A stretch of DNA of 64,000 bases from an uncultured Clostridia bacterium (GCA_944377165.1 CALWEJ010000004.1:8369-72368); one strand, 5' to 3'; positions 39,461-48,637 are shown, counted from the stretch's first letter. Translations and numbers: made by a program. Notes: generated by a model from the letters alone, not told the origin.

Positions 39461-39808
39461 ATGAACTTAAGCACTTTTAACTCATTCGGTAAGATTAGTA
39501 TCAGCAAGCGCGCTATCAGCAAGGTTGCTGCTGTTTCTGTTATGGAGTGCGTAGGTATCGTGGGCTTGGTTTCGCAACGTAGTTTTTTTAAAGGAAATGC
39601 GATTACCACTGCACATAAAGGTGTTGTTGTCACTAACCTAGAAAATGATAGTATGAAAATAGATGTCTATGTGATTATGCGTCACTGCGGTGTTTCAGCC
39701 TCTGCTGTCGCCGAATCTATCCGTCAAAGTGTTAAATATTCAGTAGAACGTTTTGCTGGTATGATTGTTAAAGATGTGACTGTTCACATAGTAGATGTTA
39801 AGATATAG
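39461..39808 (+). CDS. Asp23/Gls24 family envelope stress protein (YloU-like)
   Basis: 115 aa with the Asp23 pattern (ISKRAISKVAA....ECVGIVG) and the conserved rpmB / yloU-yloV arrangement. Confidence 0.8.
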   Translation: MNLSTFNSFGKISISKRAISKVAAVSVMECVGIVGLVSQRSFFKGNAITTAHKGVVVTNLENDSMKIDVYVIMRHCGVSASAVAESIRQSVKYSVERFAGMIVKDVTVHIVDVKI

Positions 39809-39823
39809 GAGTTTAATATAATT

Positions 39824-41458
39824 ATGATTAAAACAATTAACGGTTCTGCGTTGAGAAAGATGTTTCTTAGCGCGTTCTCATTGGTTGAAGAGAATAAGAA
39901 AGCTATTGATGCATTAAATGTATTCCCAGTCCCTGATGGTGATACTGGTACAAATATGAGTTTGACACTTAAAAGTGCGACTGCCGAGATGAATGCTTGC
40001 GAATCAAATGCCATAGAATCAATTTGTATAGCATTTAACCGCGGAGCATTAAAGGGTGCGAGAGGTAATAGCGGTGTTATCACTTCGCAAATCATTAAGG
40101 GTATTTGTACAAATTTAATGAATTGCCAAACTGAGATTAATATTAAAGATTTTGCTAAAGCAATTCAGAACGGTGCTGAAATGGCTTATAAAGCCGTTAC
40201 TGTTCCTAAAGAAGGTACAATATTAACTGTTATTAAAGCTATGGCTGATAAATCAAAGCAAGCTGCTAAATCAGCAAAGTGCTTTGAGGATTTTTTGAAT
40301 GAAATTATTACCCACGGCGAAACGACTTTACAAATGACTCCTGAAATGCTACCTGTATTGAAGAAAGCTGGAGTAGTTGATGCAGGTGGACGCGGATTGA
40401 TGTTCATATTCAGTGGATTTTATAAAGCGCTTACAGGCGAAATGACAGGTGTAGAATTCGTCGATAATGTAGAGAAAGACATTACTAGCGAAGACCTTCA
40501 CGTCAATTACGAGTCGCTTGCTGATATAAAATATGCTTATTGTACTGAATTCTTTGTTATAAATATTTTTGAGAAAACAACAGACGCTGACATTAACGCA
40601 TTGCGTTCTCGTTTGATGGAGATTGGTGACTGTGTGCTTTGTATAGGTGATTTGCAATTAATTAAAGTTCACGTTCATACTAATGAACCTAATAGAGCGC
40701 TTGGTTATGCTTTGCAGTTAGGAGAACTCAACGGTGTTAAAATTGAAAATATGCTAGAGCAGAACCGCCAATTAAGAAAGCAAAAAGAGAAGAAACCAGA
40801 TAAAGAATTTGGTATGATTGCTGTCGCTGCGGGCGAAGGCTTAGCAAGTGTATTTAAAGATATTGACGTTGACTACGTTATTAGTGGTGGACAAACTATG
40901 AACCCAAGCGCAAACGATATTGCGACCGCTGCAGATAAGGTTAATGCTAAAAATATTTTTGTTTTCCCTAACAATAAAAATATTGTTATGTCGGCTGAAC
41001 AGGCTAATGATATTACAGATAGAAATCTTATTGTTATTCCGACTAGAAGTATTCCAGAAGGTATTAGTGCAGTTTTAGCCTTTGATTCAACTGCTTCTTT
41101 GGACGAGAATAAGCAAAATATGATGGATATGATTTGCAATGTCAAATCAGGTTCAGTCACATATGCTGTTAGAACAACAAACGTTGATGGTATCGACGTC
41201 AAAGTCGGCGATATAATGGGACTTGATGAACATTCAGTTTTAACAACAGGAAGCGACGTGAATGATACAACCTTATCTCTTGTAGAGAAAATCATTACAG
41301 ATGATAGTAGCAATATCACATTATTCTATGGAGATGGAGTGACTGAAGAAGATAGCGCAAAATTACAATCAATGTTGGAAGAACGTTTCCCTGACGTAGA
41401 TGTATCAATGGTATATGGCGGACAACCAGTATATTATTATATTGTATCAGTTGAATAA
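39824..41458 (+). CDS. DAK2 domain fusion protein (YloV-like)
   Basis: DGDTGTNM and GARGNSGVI DAK2 motifs. The C-terminal domain and 544-aa length fit YloV. Confidence 0.85.
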   Translation: MIKTINGSALRKMFLSAFSLVEENKKAIDALNVFPVPDGDTGTNMSLTLKSATAEMNACESNAIESICIAFNRGALKGARGNSGVITSQIIKGICTNLMNCQTEINIKDFAKAIQNGAEMAYKAVTVPKEGTILTVIKAMADKSKQAAKSAKCFEDFLNEIITHGETTLQMTPEMLPVLKKAGVVDAGGRGLMFIFSGFYKALTGEMTGVEFVDNVEKDITSEDLHVNYESLADIKYAYCTEFFVINIFEKTTDADINALRSRLMEIGDCVLCIGDLQLIKVHVHTNEPNRALGYALQLGELNGVKIENMLEQNRQLRKQKEKKPDKEFGMIAVAAGEGLASVFKDIDVDYVISGGQTMNPSANDIATAADKVNAKNIFVFPNNKNIVMSAEQANDITDRNLIVIPTRSIPEGISAVLAFDSTASLDENKQNMMDMICNVKSGSVTYAVRTTNVDGIDVKVGDIMGLDEHSVLTTGSDVNDTTLSLVEKIITDDSSNITLFYGDGVTEEDSAKLQSMLEERFPDVDVSMVYGGQPVYYYIVSVE

Positions 41459-41619
41459 TAAAAATAGAAATACACAAAATATTGTGTATTTTTTATATTA
41501 AATACACTTTATTTATGATTATATTATGATTTAAAAGAATAAATATTCTATTTGAGCGAATAAAAACACAATATTTTCACATACTAAGGTTGTAGATATT
41601 CTACATAAAAGGAGATATT

Positions 41620-41871
41620 ATGTTTGGAAGAAAGAACAAAGCATCTAGTACAAGTACAAAAAACTCAAGCAATTCTTATGATTCTAAGTCTATGACTAAC
41701 GAAGCAACTAAGTCTTGTGGAGGAAAATGTGCTTCAAACTCAACTAGTACAAAGTCTAGCAGTGCATCAGCTAATAGTTCAGCTAAAGCTAGTGCAACAA
41801 AATCAGCATCGGCAAAGTCTAGTTCAGCAAAGGGATGCGGAGCGTGTGCTAACACGAAATCATCTAAATAA
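41620..41871 (+). CDS. Small Ser/Ala/Lys-rich low-complexity protein with two Cys pairs
   Basis: Strong RBS (AAAGGAGA), a clean terminator downstream and a palindrome (tgtaga-tat-tctaca) at 41591-41605. The product is 83 aa with CGGKC and CGAC. Confidence 0.55.
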   Translation: MFGRKNKASSTSTKNSSNSYDSKSMTNEATKSCGGKCASNSTSTKSSSASANSSAKASATKSASAKSSSAKGCGACANTKSSK

Positions 41872-41882
41872 CATAATCCGCA

Positions 41883-41915
41883 AAAAATCTCAGTTTAATT
41901 TGAACTGAGATTTTT
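41883..41915 (+). terminator. Rho-independent terminator
   Basis: aaaatctcagtt/aactgagatttt 12-bp stem plus a T-run. Confidence 0.75.
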
Positions 41916-42174
41916 AATATGCTTATCTTAAATTACATTTTTAATAATTGTTGTTTTTTGATGTTTTGAAATTATGAATAACATAAACAGATTGGTTTAA
42001 ACATTATTTTATTTTTTACATAACATTTAAATGTCAAAGATATTATTTATTATTAAATCAAAAAGTATGATTAGAAGCTAACTAAACTAAATATAATCAA
42101 TTTTCTGGTTAAAAAGTATAAATAAATTTATATTTTATATTGAGAAATAAAAAACACCACAAACTGTGGTGAGA

Positions 42175-42249
42175 TGGAGCGGAAGACGAGATTCGAACTC
42201 GCGACATTTGCCTTGGCAAGGCAACGCTCTACCACTGAGCCACTCCCGC
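42175..42249 (-). tRNA. tRNA-Gly (anticodon GCC)
   Basis: Reverse complement is GCGGGAGTGGCTCAGTGGTAGAGCGTTGCCTTGCCAAGGCAA...TTCGAATCTCGTCTTCCGCTCCA. It folds as a cloverleaf with encoded CCA. Confidence 0.9.
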
Positions 42250-42317
42250 AAATTTAAATGAATAATATAGTATATTCATTTTATGAAATTCTTGCTATAA
42301 AGCAAAATGCAATCAGG

Positions 42318-42393
42318 TGGTGGGAGATATAGGACTCGAACCTATGACCCTCTGCTTGTAAGGCAGGTACTCTACCAACTGCGCTAATCTCCC
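42318..42393 (-). tRNA. tRNA-Val (anticodon UAC)
   Basis: Reverse complement is GGGAGATTAGCGCAGTTGGTAGAGTACCTGCCTTACAAGCAG...GGTTCGAGTCCTATATCTCCCACCA, with anticodon loop cTTACaa. Confidence 0.88.
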
Positions 42394-42411
42394 ATACGCG
42401 ATTGCATTATT

Positions 42412-42440
42412 ACTATATCATATATGAAAAATTATGTCAA
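42412..42440 (-). promoter_or_regulatory. Promoter of the tRNA-Val/tRNA-Gly operon
   Basis: On the minus strand, TTGACA (42435-40), a 17-nt spacer, then TATAGT (42412-17). This lies ~20 nt upstream of the tRNA-Val 5' end. Confidence 0.55.
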
Positions 42441-42528
42441 CAATTTTTTACATATTTTATAAAATATTTTAATTTTTGATATTGACTATTTATACATCTT
42501 GTGATACACTAAAACAAGGAGATACTAT

Positions 42529-43524
42529 ATGGGAATTAATTATAATAAATCTATTTTATCATTATATAAAAATGAGCCGACAATAAGACCATTTTTTAGC
42601 GATTGCTTTGAAATAAACACTACTAAATCAAAAGTTTATATGTACATATTCAATTTGTTAAGTAGAGGTTATTACGATTCAATAACTGATATTAAATATG
42701 CTGAAATGAAACCTCTACTTAAAAAGATATCAAACCAAGAATTTGCAAATTCTATTGATTATCTTATAAAATTAACGGGAATTGATGTCAATTTCAAATG
42801 CTATCCTGAATATGATGAAGATTTTATGTTTAATGCTATGCAATATGGGAGTAAAGAAGATGTAGAAATGCTCCTTAAAAATGGTTATAGTGGTACTGAG
42901 ACTATATATGGTTCAATAATAGATGTCTTTTCAACTCGTACAAATATACGAGATTATGAAGAAAAAATCAAAATATTAAAAAAATACGGGATTGGTGACT
43001 ACAGCCATTTAGGGATACATAATGGTATAGATAATGCTGAAATAGAATACAATCACTGTATTACAGAAGGATTGAATAATTCTAAGATAGAATATACAGC
43101 CGAAGAAAAAGCAGGACTTATTGAGAAAAATACAAAATACTTTGATGACCATTTTAAAGAAATAAAATCATTATTAAGAGAAATGAGTTATAGAAAAATA
43201 ATTAATGAAAAAAGATTTGATTCTATAAATAATCAAATTATACGAGTGGAGTATACTGAATCAGCGCAAAATAGTAATTTGTTTAAAGAGATTGTAAAAC
43301 CTTTATTATCACTAGATAGAGACAAAGCAACAACAAAACTGCTAAATAGATTGATAGAATTGAAAATCCCACTAGATGACATACAAAAATTATTTATTGA
43401 ATGCCATATTCCATTAGGCGAAGACGGAGAGATATCTCCATTATTTGAAAAATTCTATGAGCAAGAGAATTTAAAATATAGTTCTAAATGTGATATTGAT
43501 AACAGCGAGCAGACAAAAATTTAA
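42529..43524 (+). CDS. Hypothetical protein (331 aa)
   Basis: Good RBS (AAGGAGA). One ankyrin-like segment (NAMQYGSKEDVEMLLKNGYSG), otherwise no recognisable motif. Confidence 0.5.
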   Translation: MGINYNKSILSLYKNEPTIRPFFSDCFEINTTKSKVYMYIFNLLSRGYYDSITDIKYAEMKPLLKKISNQEFANSIDYLIKLTGIDVNFKCYPEYDEDFMFNAMQYGSKEDVEMLLKNGYSGTETIYGSIIDVFSTRTNIRDYEEKIKILKKYGIGDYSHLGIHNGIDNAEIEYNHCITEGLNNSKIEYTAEEKAGLIEKNTKYFDDHFKEIKSLLREMSYRKIINEKRFDSINNQIIRVEYTESAQNSNLFKEIVKPLLSLDRDKATTKLLNRLIELKIPLDDIQKLFIECHIPLGEDGEISPLFEKFYEQENLKYSSKCDIDNSEQTKI

Positions 43525-43642
43525 TATTGATCAAACATAATTAATAATAATATAAAAATAAAATGAACTTAGGAATGTACTCTAAGTTTATTTTATTATA
43601 TTATGAAATTGATATCTTATTTTGTATTATTCACTATTATAG

Positions 43643-44613
43643 TTATAAATTATCTTCATGTGTTTGACTACATAATGGTTTATCGCGATTTTCATTTTTG
43701 TAGAATTTAAAATCTGTCAAATTTTTATAAATGTTTACGCTGTTAAAGCCTTTTTCTTTGAGCTCTTCTTCAGATAAATCTTTAAATGCGGGGCAAGGTA
43801 GAATTTGTCCATCATATCTTATATCGATTTTATCAAATCCGGCTGTACATTTGTGTTGATTTTGATTTTGTAAGGGAATACCGATTTTCAATTTAGTTTT
43901 AGTGGAAGTGATAGACATACAATCTTTAATAAAACTATCTAATTCACTATTTGAAAGTTGTAAAATAGATTGGTTATCCTTACCACGACCCTGAGGAACA
44001 AATTTCAATATTCTTACTTCACTTATTCTTGCAATTTCAGCTAATTCAAAAATATCATTGAATTGATTTATATTTACTTTATTTGGAACAAAATGAATTG
44101 AAGTTTTGAAATTAAATTTTGAAGCATTTAAAATTGATTTTAACAAATTTGCGAAATTGTTTTTTGTACCCATTAATAGATTATATTCATCGACTTCACT
44201 CGCTTGCATATCAAAAACAATTTTATTTAATCCTGCATTTTGTAATTTTAAAAGCAGATTACTTGGTATTTCAGAAAATTCTCTATTATTGTATTGGTCT
44301 AATATTTTATTATAAAGCGCATTATTTGAACTTTCTTCATTAACATTTTGAATTATTCCGCTAGTGTATAGAGTAGTATATATTCCTAAATCGTGACAAA
44401 ATGAAATTATCTCTTTAATATTAGGGTGTAATAAAGGTTCTCCGCCTGAAAATGAAATTTCTTTGACACCTCCATTAAGCATAAAAAATTTATGGTTTTC
44501 TTTATTGTTTTTAAGTCGATTATCCTATTTTGAACATAATTGCTTCTAGAAGAACAAAACATACAATTGTTCGGACATTTTTGTATTATTTCAAAACACA
44601 AATCTTTTATCAT
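43643..44613 (-). pseudogene. Radical SAM/SPASM(twitch)-type enzyme, split by a -1 frameshift in a T-run
   Basis: The N-terminal ORF (44407-44613) has the CPNNCMFC radical SAM cluster motif. The second ORF (43643-44482) continues with SFSGGEPLL and a C-terminal C.AGF...I..DG.ILPC motif. One extra T in the minus-strand T6 run (plus-strand aaaaaa at ~44473-44478) would fuse them: ...TINFFMLNGGVKEISFSGGEPLL. Confidence 0.75.
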
Positions 44614-45114
44614 ATCGTCATTATATCATAATATAAATAAATAATCAATATTTTACATTAGAAAAAATATGTCAACAATTTTTTAGATATTTTTTTAATT
44701 ATTTATACAAAGTGTCGTGTGCGGAAATTAAAAGAATTAAACAAGTTATTTTATTGTCCTATTATTTAGAATTATAGCAATAATTTACATATTGATATCT
44801 CTATTAAATTTTTCTTGATTTTAACACTAATATTGAATATAATTAAATTGTAAAATAATAGGTTAATATCAAAAATCTATCAGTATATTAATAAATTATA
44901 TTTTGTTCGATTAATTTGGTTTATCAATGCTAAATAGATTTTTACATATTGACAAATTAGCATAAATAAATCTAAAATGAAAGAAAACAAAATATTAATA
45001 TGTGATTATTTTTATATCAACAAAAGTATTTAATCATTACAAATTATAAAAATCATTTCATTCAATGATGAATATATATTAGTTGAAAGAAGTTTAAAAT
45101 ATGGCGGAGGGAAT

Positions 45115-45897
45115 ATGTTATTAGAAGAATTTGATAAAACGAAAACTGCAGTCTTAAATCCAGAGCATTTTCATTCAAAAGTCAAAGATATGCCTAAAAC
45201 GTGTGTGTTATTTTTTTCTAAATCAGTGATGAAATTTTTTTTAGAGAAGTACAAACCTGAACTAATTAGCGAGAAAATAGAGAATGCAACAGCAATGTTT
45301 CCAGTGTATAAAGTTAATGTGAAAGGGATAGATTTGGCAGTGTATCTTTCTGCCGTTGGAGCTCCTGCCTGTGTTAGTAATGCAGAAGAATTAATATCTA
45401 TGGGCGTAAGAAATATATTAACTGTCGGTTGCTGTGGTTGCTTAGAAAAAGATATGGAAGAATATTCAATTATAATTCCAACGAGCGCTATTCGAGATGA
45501 AGGAACGAGCTATCATTATGCACCAGTAAGTGATGAAACTATTTTAACTAAAAAAGTTATTAAAACTATAGAAGACGTAATGAAGCGCAACAACATACAT
45601 TATAGAAAAGGTAAAACTTGGACGACCGATGCTATTTTTAGAGAAACTAGAAAGAAAATTAATGATAGAATCAAGCAGGGGGCTATTACTGTTGATATGG
45701 AGTGTTCAGCTATGAATGTCCTATGTAAATTTAGAGGTGTAAACTATGGTCAAATTTTCTATGCTGCCGATATGTTGGCGAACGAAAAATATGACCCCCG
45801 AAATATATTGATAAAAGACCACGATGAAGAATGGAAAGAAAAACTTATAGATTTAGCCTTTGAGTGTGGTGCAGAAATTGACAAAAAATTTAAGTAA
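45115..45897 (+). CDS. Nucleoside phosphorylase, PNP/UDP family (uridine phosphorylase-like)
   Basis: SAVGAPA, IRDEGTSYHY, TWTTDAIFRET and VDMECSA motifs of PNP_UDP_1 enzymes. A GGAGGG RBS is present. Confidence 0.75.
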   Translation: MLLEEFDKTKTAVLNPEHFHSKVKDMPKTCVLFFSKSVMKFFLEKYKPELISEKIENATAMFPVYKVNVKGIDLAVYLSAVGAPACVSNAEELISMGVRNILTVGCCGCLEKDMEEYSIIIPTSAIRDEGTSYHYAPVSDETILTKKVIKTIEDVMKRNNIHYRKGKTWTTDAIFRETRKKINDRIKQGAITVDMECSAMNVLCKFRGVNYGQIFYAADMLANEKYDPRNILIKDHDEEWKEKLIDLAFECGAEIDKKFK

Positions 45898-46003
45898 TAT
45901 ATTGTTAAAAGAATATTATCTTTATACAAATTACTATTTTTTAATTATTATAAAATAAACGAACTTTGGATTATATATTATCAAAGTTCGTTTTATTCTT
46001 GTC

Positions 46004-46062
46004 TGGTGCCGGTGGTCGGGGTCGAACCGACACGTCCTTTTACGGACCCAGGATTTTAAGTC
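46004..46062. repeat. attL: 59-nt duplicate of the 3' part of tRNA-Leu(UAA)
   Basis: Base-for-base identical to 59599-59657, checked by eye. Identity stops on both sides. Confidence 0.92.
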
Positions 46063-46145
46063 TCAACAAATGGGATTTATAGTCGATTTTTATCTATATT
46101 ATAGATAGTTATAATTTGTATTTGGCTAAAATTTGTTAAAAATTT

Positions 46146-46167
46146 GGGGTCAAAATTGGGGTCAAAA
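46146..46167 (+). repeat. Two GGGGTCAAAA direct repeats (12-bp phasing), candidate integrase arm-type sites
   Basis: ggggtcaaaa at 46146-55 and 46158-67. The same pair occurs at 59500-59521, and an inverted copy at 55041-55050. Confidence 0.6.
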
Positions 46168-47124
46168 CTTAGGATATAAATCTTTATAAAGATTTAAAAT
46201 ATTATTTTTTGTTATTGTTGGGTCTAAGTGTGTATATATGTCGTTGGTTATAATTATACTTGTATGACCTAAATAATATTGTCTTTCTTTATCAGAAACA
46301 CCTAAATAATAAAGATTCGTACTGAACGTATGTCGTAAGTCATGTAGTTTGTGATTGTTTATCTTTAGCAATTTTAAATATTTAGCGAATACTTTAGAGT
46401 AGTGAGGGATTGTAAATTTTTTAAACATTGTATTAAAGTTTTGTTTTAATATTTGTTTAAATTCTTCAGATATAGGAACGTATCTTTTGGAGCTTTCTGT
46501 TTTAGTTCCTGGAATGTATATTTTATTATTTACAAAATCTATATCTTTTAATTTAATATTTTCAACTTCATTGCGCCTACATCCAGTAAGTAAGTAAAAT
46601 AAGATTTCATATTTCATATTTGATTTATCTAAATTATCTAATATTAGTTTTTGTTCTTTTAAGTTAAATGAATTTCCTTTTTTACTTTGATTTTTAGGTT
46701 TTGTAATTAATTTTGATAAATCTTCTTTTACAATTTTTTGTTTATAAGCTGTTTCAAATATTCCTTTGATAATATAATAACAATAAGCTTTAGTTCGAGG
46801 TTTATCTATTTTATTTAAAAATTCTTCTAAGTCAATATATGTAAGTTTTTGAATTTCTTTTTTAAATAATGGTATATTAAAATATTTGTGAATAGCTGAT
46901 GAGTATCTTTCATTTGATGCTAAATTTTTTTTATACATATTGTACCAATTGTTTATATAATCTAAAGCAATTACATTTGTATTAATTTTTGCTGACGTTG
47001 GTTTAAAGCTTTTTATTTTAGATAATAAAGCTTTTTGAGTTTTAGCATATAAATAATATCGTTTACCGTTTATAGATTTTTTATATTCCCATCTGCCATC
47101 GTTTCTTTTTCTTATATTTTTCAT
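46162..47124 (-). CDS. int: Tyrosine recombinase/phage integrase
   Basis: C-terminal catalytic pattern (...GCRRNE..., HDLRHTF, ...LGHTSI..T.DIYTH) and an N-terminal SAM-like domain. The start at 47124 follows AAGGAG. The ORF track start is 47211. Confidence 0.9.
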   Translation of the reverse strand: MKNIRKRNDGRWEYKKSINGKRYYLYAKTQKALLSKIKSFKPTSAKINTNVIALDYINNWYNMYKKNLASNERYSSAIHKYFNIPLFKKEIQKLTYIDLEEFLNKIDKPRTKAYCYYIIKGIFETAYKQKIVKEDLSKLITKPKNQSKKGNSFNLKEQKLILDNLDKSNMKYEILFYLLTGCRRNEVENIKLKDIDFVNNKIYIPGTKTESSKRYVPISEEFKQILKQNFNTMFKKFTIPHYSKVFAKYLKLLKINNHKLHDLRHTFSTNLYYLGVSDKERQYYLGHTSIIITNDIYTHLDPTITKNNILNLYKDLYPKF

Positions 47125-47288
47125 TGTTTCATCTCCTTCTAAAGAAGATGAAGTTAACTTTATGTAAATTGGTTGTTTAAGTTCTTGCCTAAATTGAAAG
47201 TAGTTTTTCAAATTATCGTAAACATTTATAATGTATGGTAAGTGTTCATTAAGAATATCAAATTGTTTTTATATATGATTCAAAATAG

Positions 47289-47507
47289 TTATTCATTTTC
47301 TGTATCCTTTTCATCTAGTAATTTTTGTGCAAGAGTCATACTTTTGTCCATAAAGGTAATATCTCTTTGACATCTATTAATAATATCGTTTTTCTTCTTT
47401 TCAATTTCTTCATTAGGATATTTGTTTATATCTTTTCTTAATTTTCTTATTTGTTGACTAGCTTCTTTTAGTCTTTGTGATATTAATTGTAATTTTTTAT
47501 TTAACAT
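47289..47507 (-). CDS. Hypothetical coiled-coil protein (72 aa)
   Basis: RBS AAAGGA. Charged and helical, with no motif recognised. It lies in the lysogeny-side operon. Confidence 0.5.
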   Translation of the reverse strand: MLNKKLQLISQRLKEASQQIRKLRKDINKYPNEEIEKKKNDIINRCQRDITFMDKSMTLAQKLLDEKDTENE

Positions 47508-47519
47508 ATTTATATCCTT

Positions 47520-48281
47520 TTATTTTTTACTATATTTCGCAATTAATCTGGGCATTATATCATCAAGCCTTTTTATATCTTGTTCGTTTAAGTCTATTCT
47601 ATTTAAATTGTTTTCTTCATATAATTTAATTTTAACAGCTTTTCTTTTTTCATATCTTTCGTCATTTTTTATTCCCCAAAACTCAATATATGTATTTGTT
47701 TTAGGTAAGTAAAAGTCTGAAATGACGATAGCATCGGGTTGACTATCCATATATACAGATTTTTCGTATGCATGTAGATATCCATTATTATATAACCAGT
47801 CATCTATATTTTTTTCTGAAAGTGATCTAACATAATGTCCGTCTGAACATTGATATTCTCTTGGCCATTGCTCTCTATAATCTCTATCATTAAATTCTTC
47901 AACTATTCGTTCATTTTTTTGAGTTTGATATTTTGTTTTGAATTGATTATACAGGGTTAATATGTCTTTTTCTACACGCTCAGATAAATATTCATTACCA
48001 TAGATAATTGTTAGTTCTTCTGATAGAGCAAACATTAATTTTACATTTTCAATAAATTTTTCAAAATCGTTTATTGTATTTGCTTTGTCTCTTAATTCAA
48101 AATAATGATTTTGTATATTTTTTTCTTTTCTATTATGATTAAAATCATTTCTTATATTTTTTATGTCTTGATAACAATTTCTACAAAATAAATATCCATT
48201 TATTGTTTCATTTGCACATTCTAAACAAAATTGATTAAGTTTTGATTCACTATAATTATTATAATCATTAGAGTATTTCAT
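47520..48281 (-). CDS. Zinc-ribbon protein with C-terminal restriction-endonuclease-like (PD-(D/E)xK-type) domain, putative
   Basis: N-terminal CLEC...CRNC ribbon. The C-terminus RSLSEKNIDDWLYNNGY.HAYEK......PDAIVISDFYLP....YIEFWG resembles nuclease modules of the S.E...L...YE...PDF...IE.WG type. This is pattern memory only. Confidence 0.35.
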   Translation of the reverse strand: MKYSNDYNNYSESKLNQFCLECANETINGYLFCRNCYQDIKNIRNDFNHNRKEKNIQNHYFELRDKANTINDFEKFIENVKLMFALSEELTIIYGNEYLSERVEKDILTLYNQFKTKYQTQKNERIVEEFNDRDYREQWPREYQCSDGHYVRSLSEKNIDDWLYNNGYLHAYEKSVYMDSQPDAIVISDFYLPKTNTYIEFWGIKNDERYEKRKAVKIKLYEENNLNRIDLNEQDIKRLDDIMPRLIAKYSKK

Positions 48282-48637
48282 TATTTTACCCCTTTTAAAT
48301 TTTTTATTATTTGTTCTTCATCTATTTGTGTTTGGATTAAAGCTTGAGCATAAGCTTCAAGCTTTTCGATATTTTTGTTGTTTAGATTTTTCATAATATC
48401 GAAAATGGATAGTTCAGTATCAGATAAAAGCCCTTTATCAATGATATTTGGGTGGTCTCTGCCTACTAGTTCATCGAGTGTTATGTGGTAGATGTCTGCT
48501 AATTTACATAATGTTTTTACATTTGGTTCGTTTCTTCCAGATTCATAAAATCCGTAGCCAGATTTTGATATTTTAAGTAATTTAGCTATATCTTGTTGTT
48601 TGTAATTATTTTTTAATCTAAATTCTTTAAGTTTCAT
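48281..48637 (-). CDS. XRE-family HTH repressor (cI-like)
   Basis: LKEFRLKNNYKQQDIAKLLKISKSGYGFYESGRNEPNVKTLCKLADIYHITLDELVG is a classic HTH_3. The start at 48637 follows AAGGAGG. Confidence 0.88.
   Translation of the reverse strand: MKLKEFRLKNNYKQQDIAKLLKISKSGYGFYESGRNEPNVKTLCKLADIYHITLDELVGRDHPNIIDKGLLSDTELSIFDIMKNLNNKNIEKLEAYAQALIQTQIDEEQIIKNLKGVK

Noticed and set aside
41717-41908. 63-aa alternative-frame ORF overlapping the Ser/Ala-rich gene
   Set aside because: It has no RBS and runs through the terminator hairpin. The 41620 frame has a strong RBS and ends before the terminator.
43643-45897. Calling the radical SAM plus phosphorylase pair a viperin-like (pVip) or Detocs-like defence system
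   Set aside because: The rSAM has a SPASM/twitch-type C-terminus rather than a viperin-like one. The phosphorylase has no receiver or sensor domain, and the rSAM gene is frameshifted. Only a generic accessory-islet hypothesis is retained.
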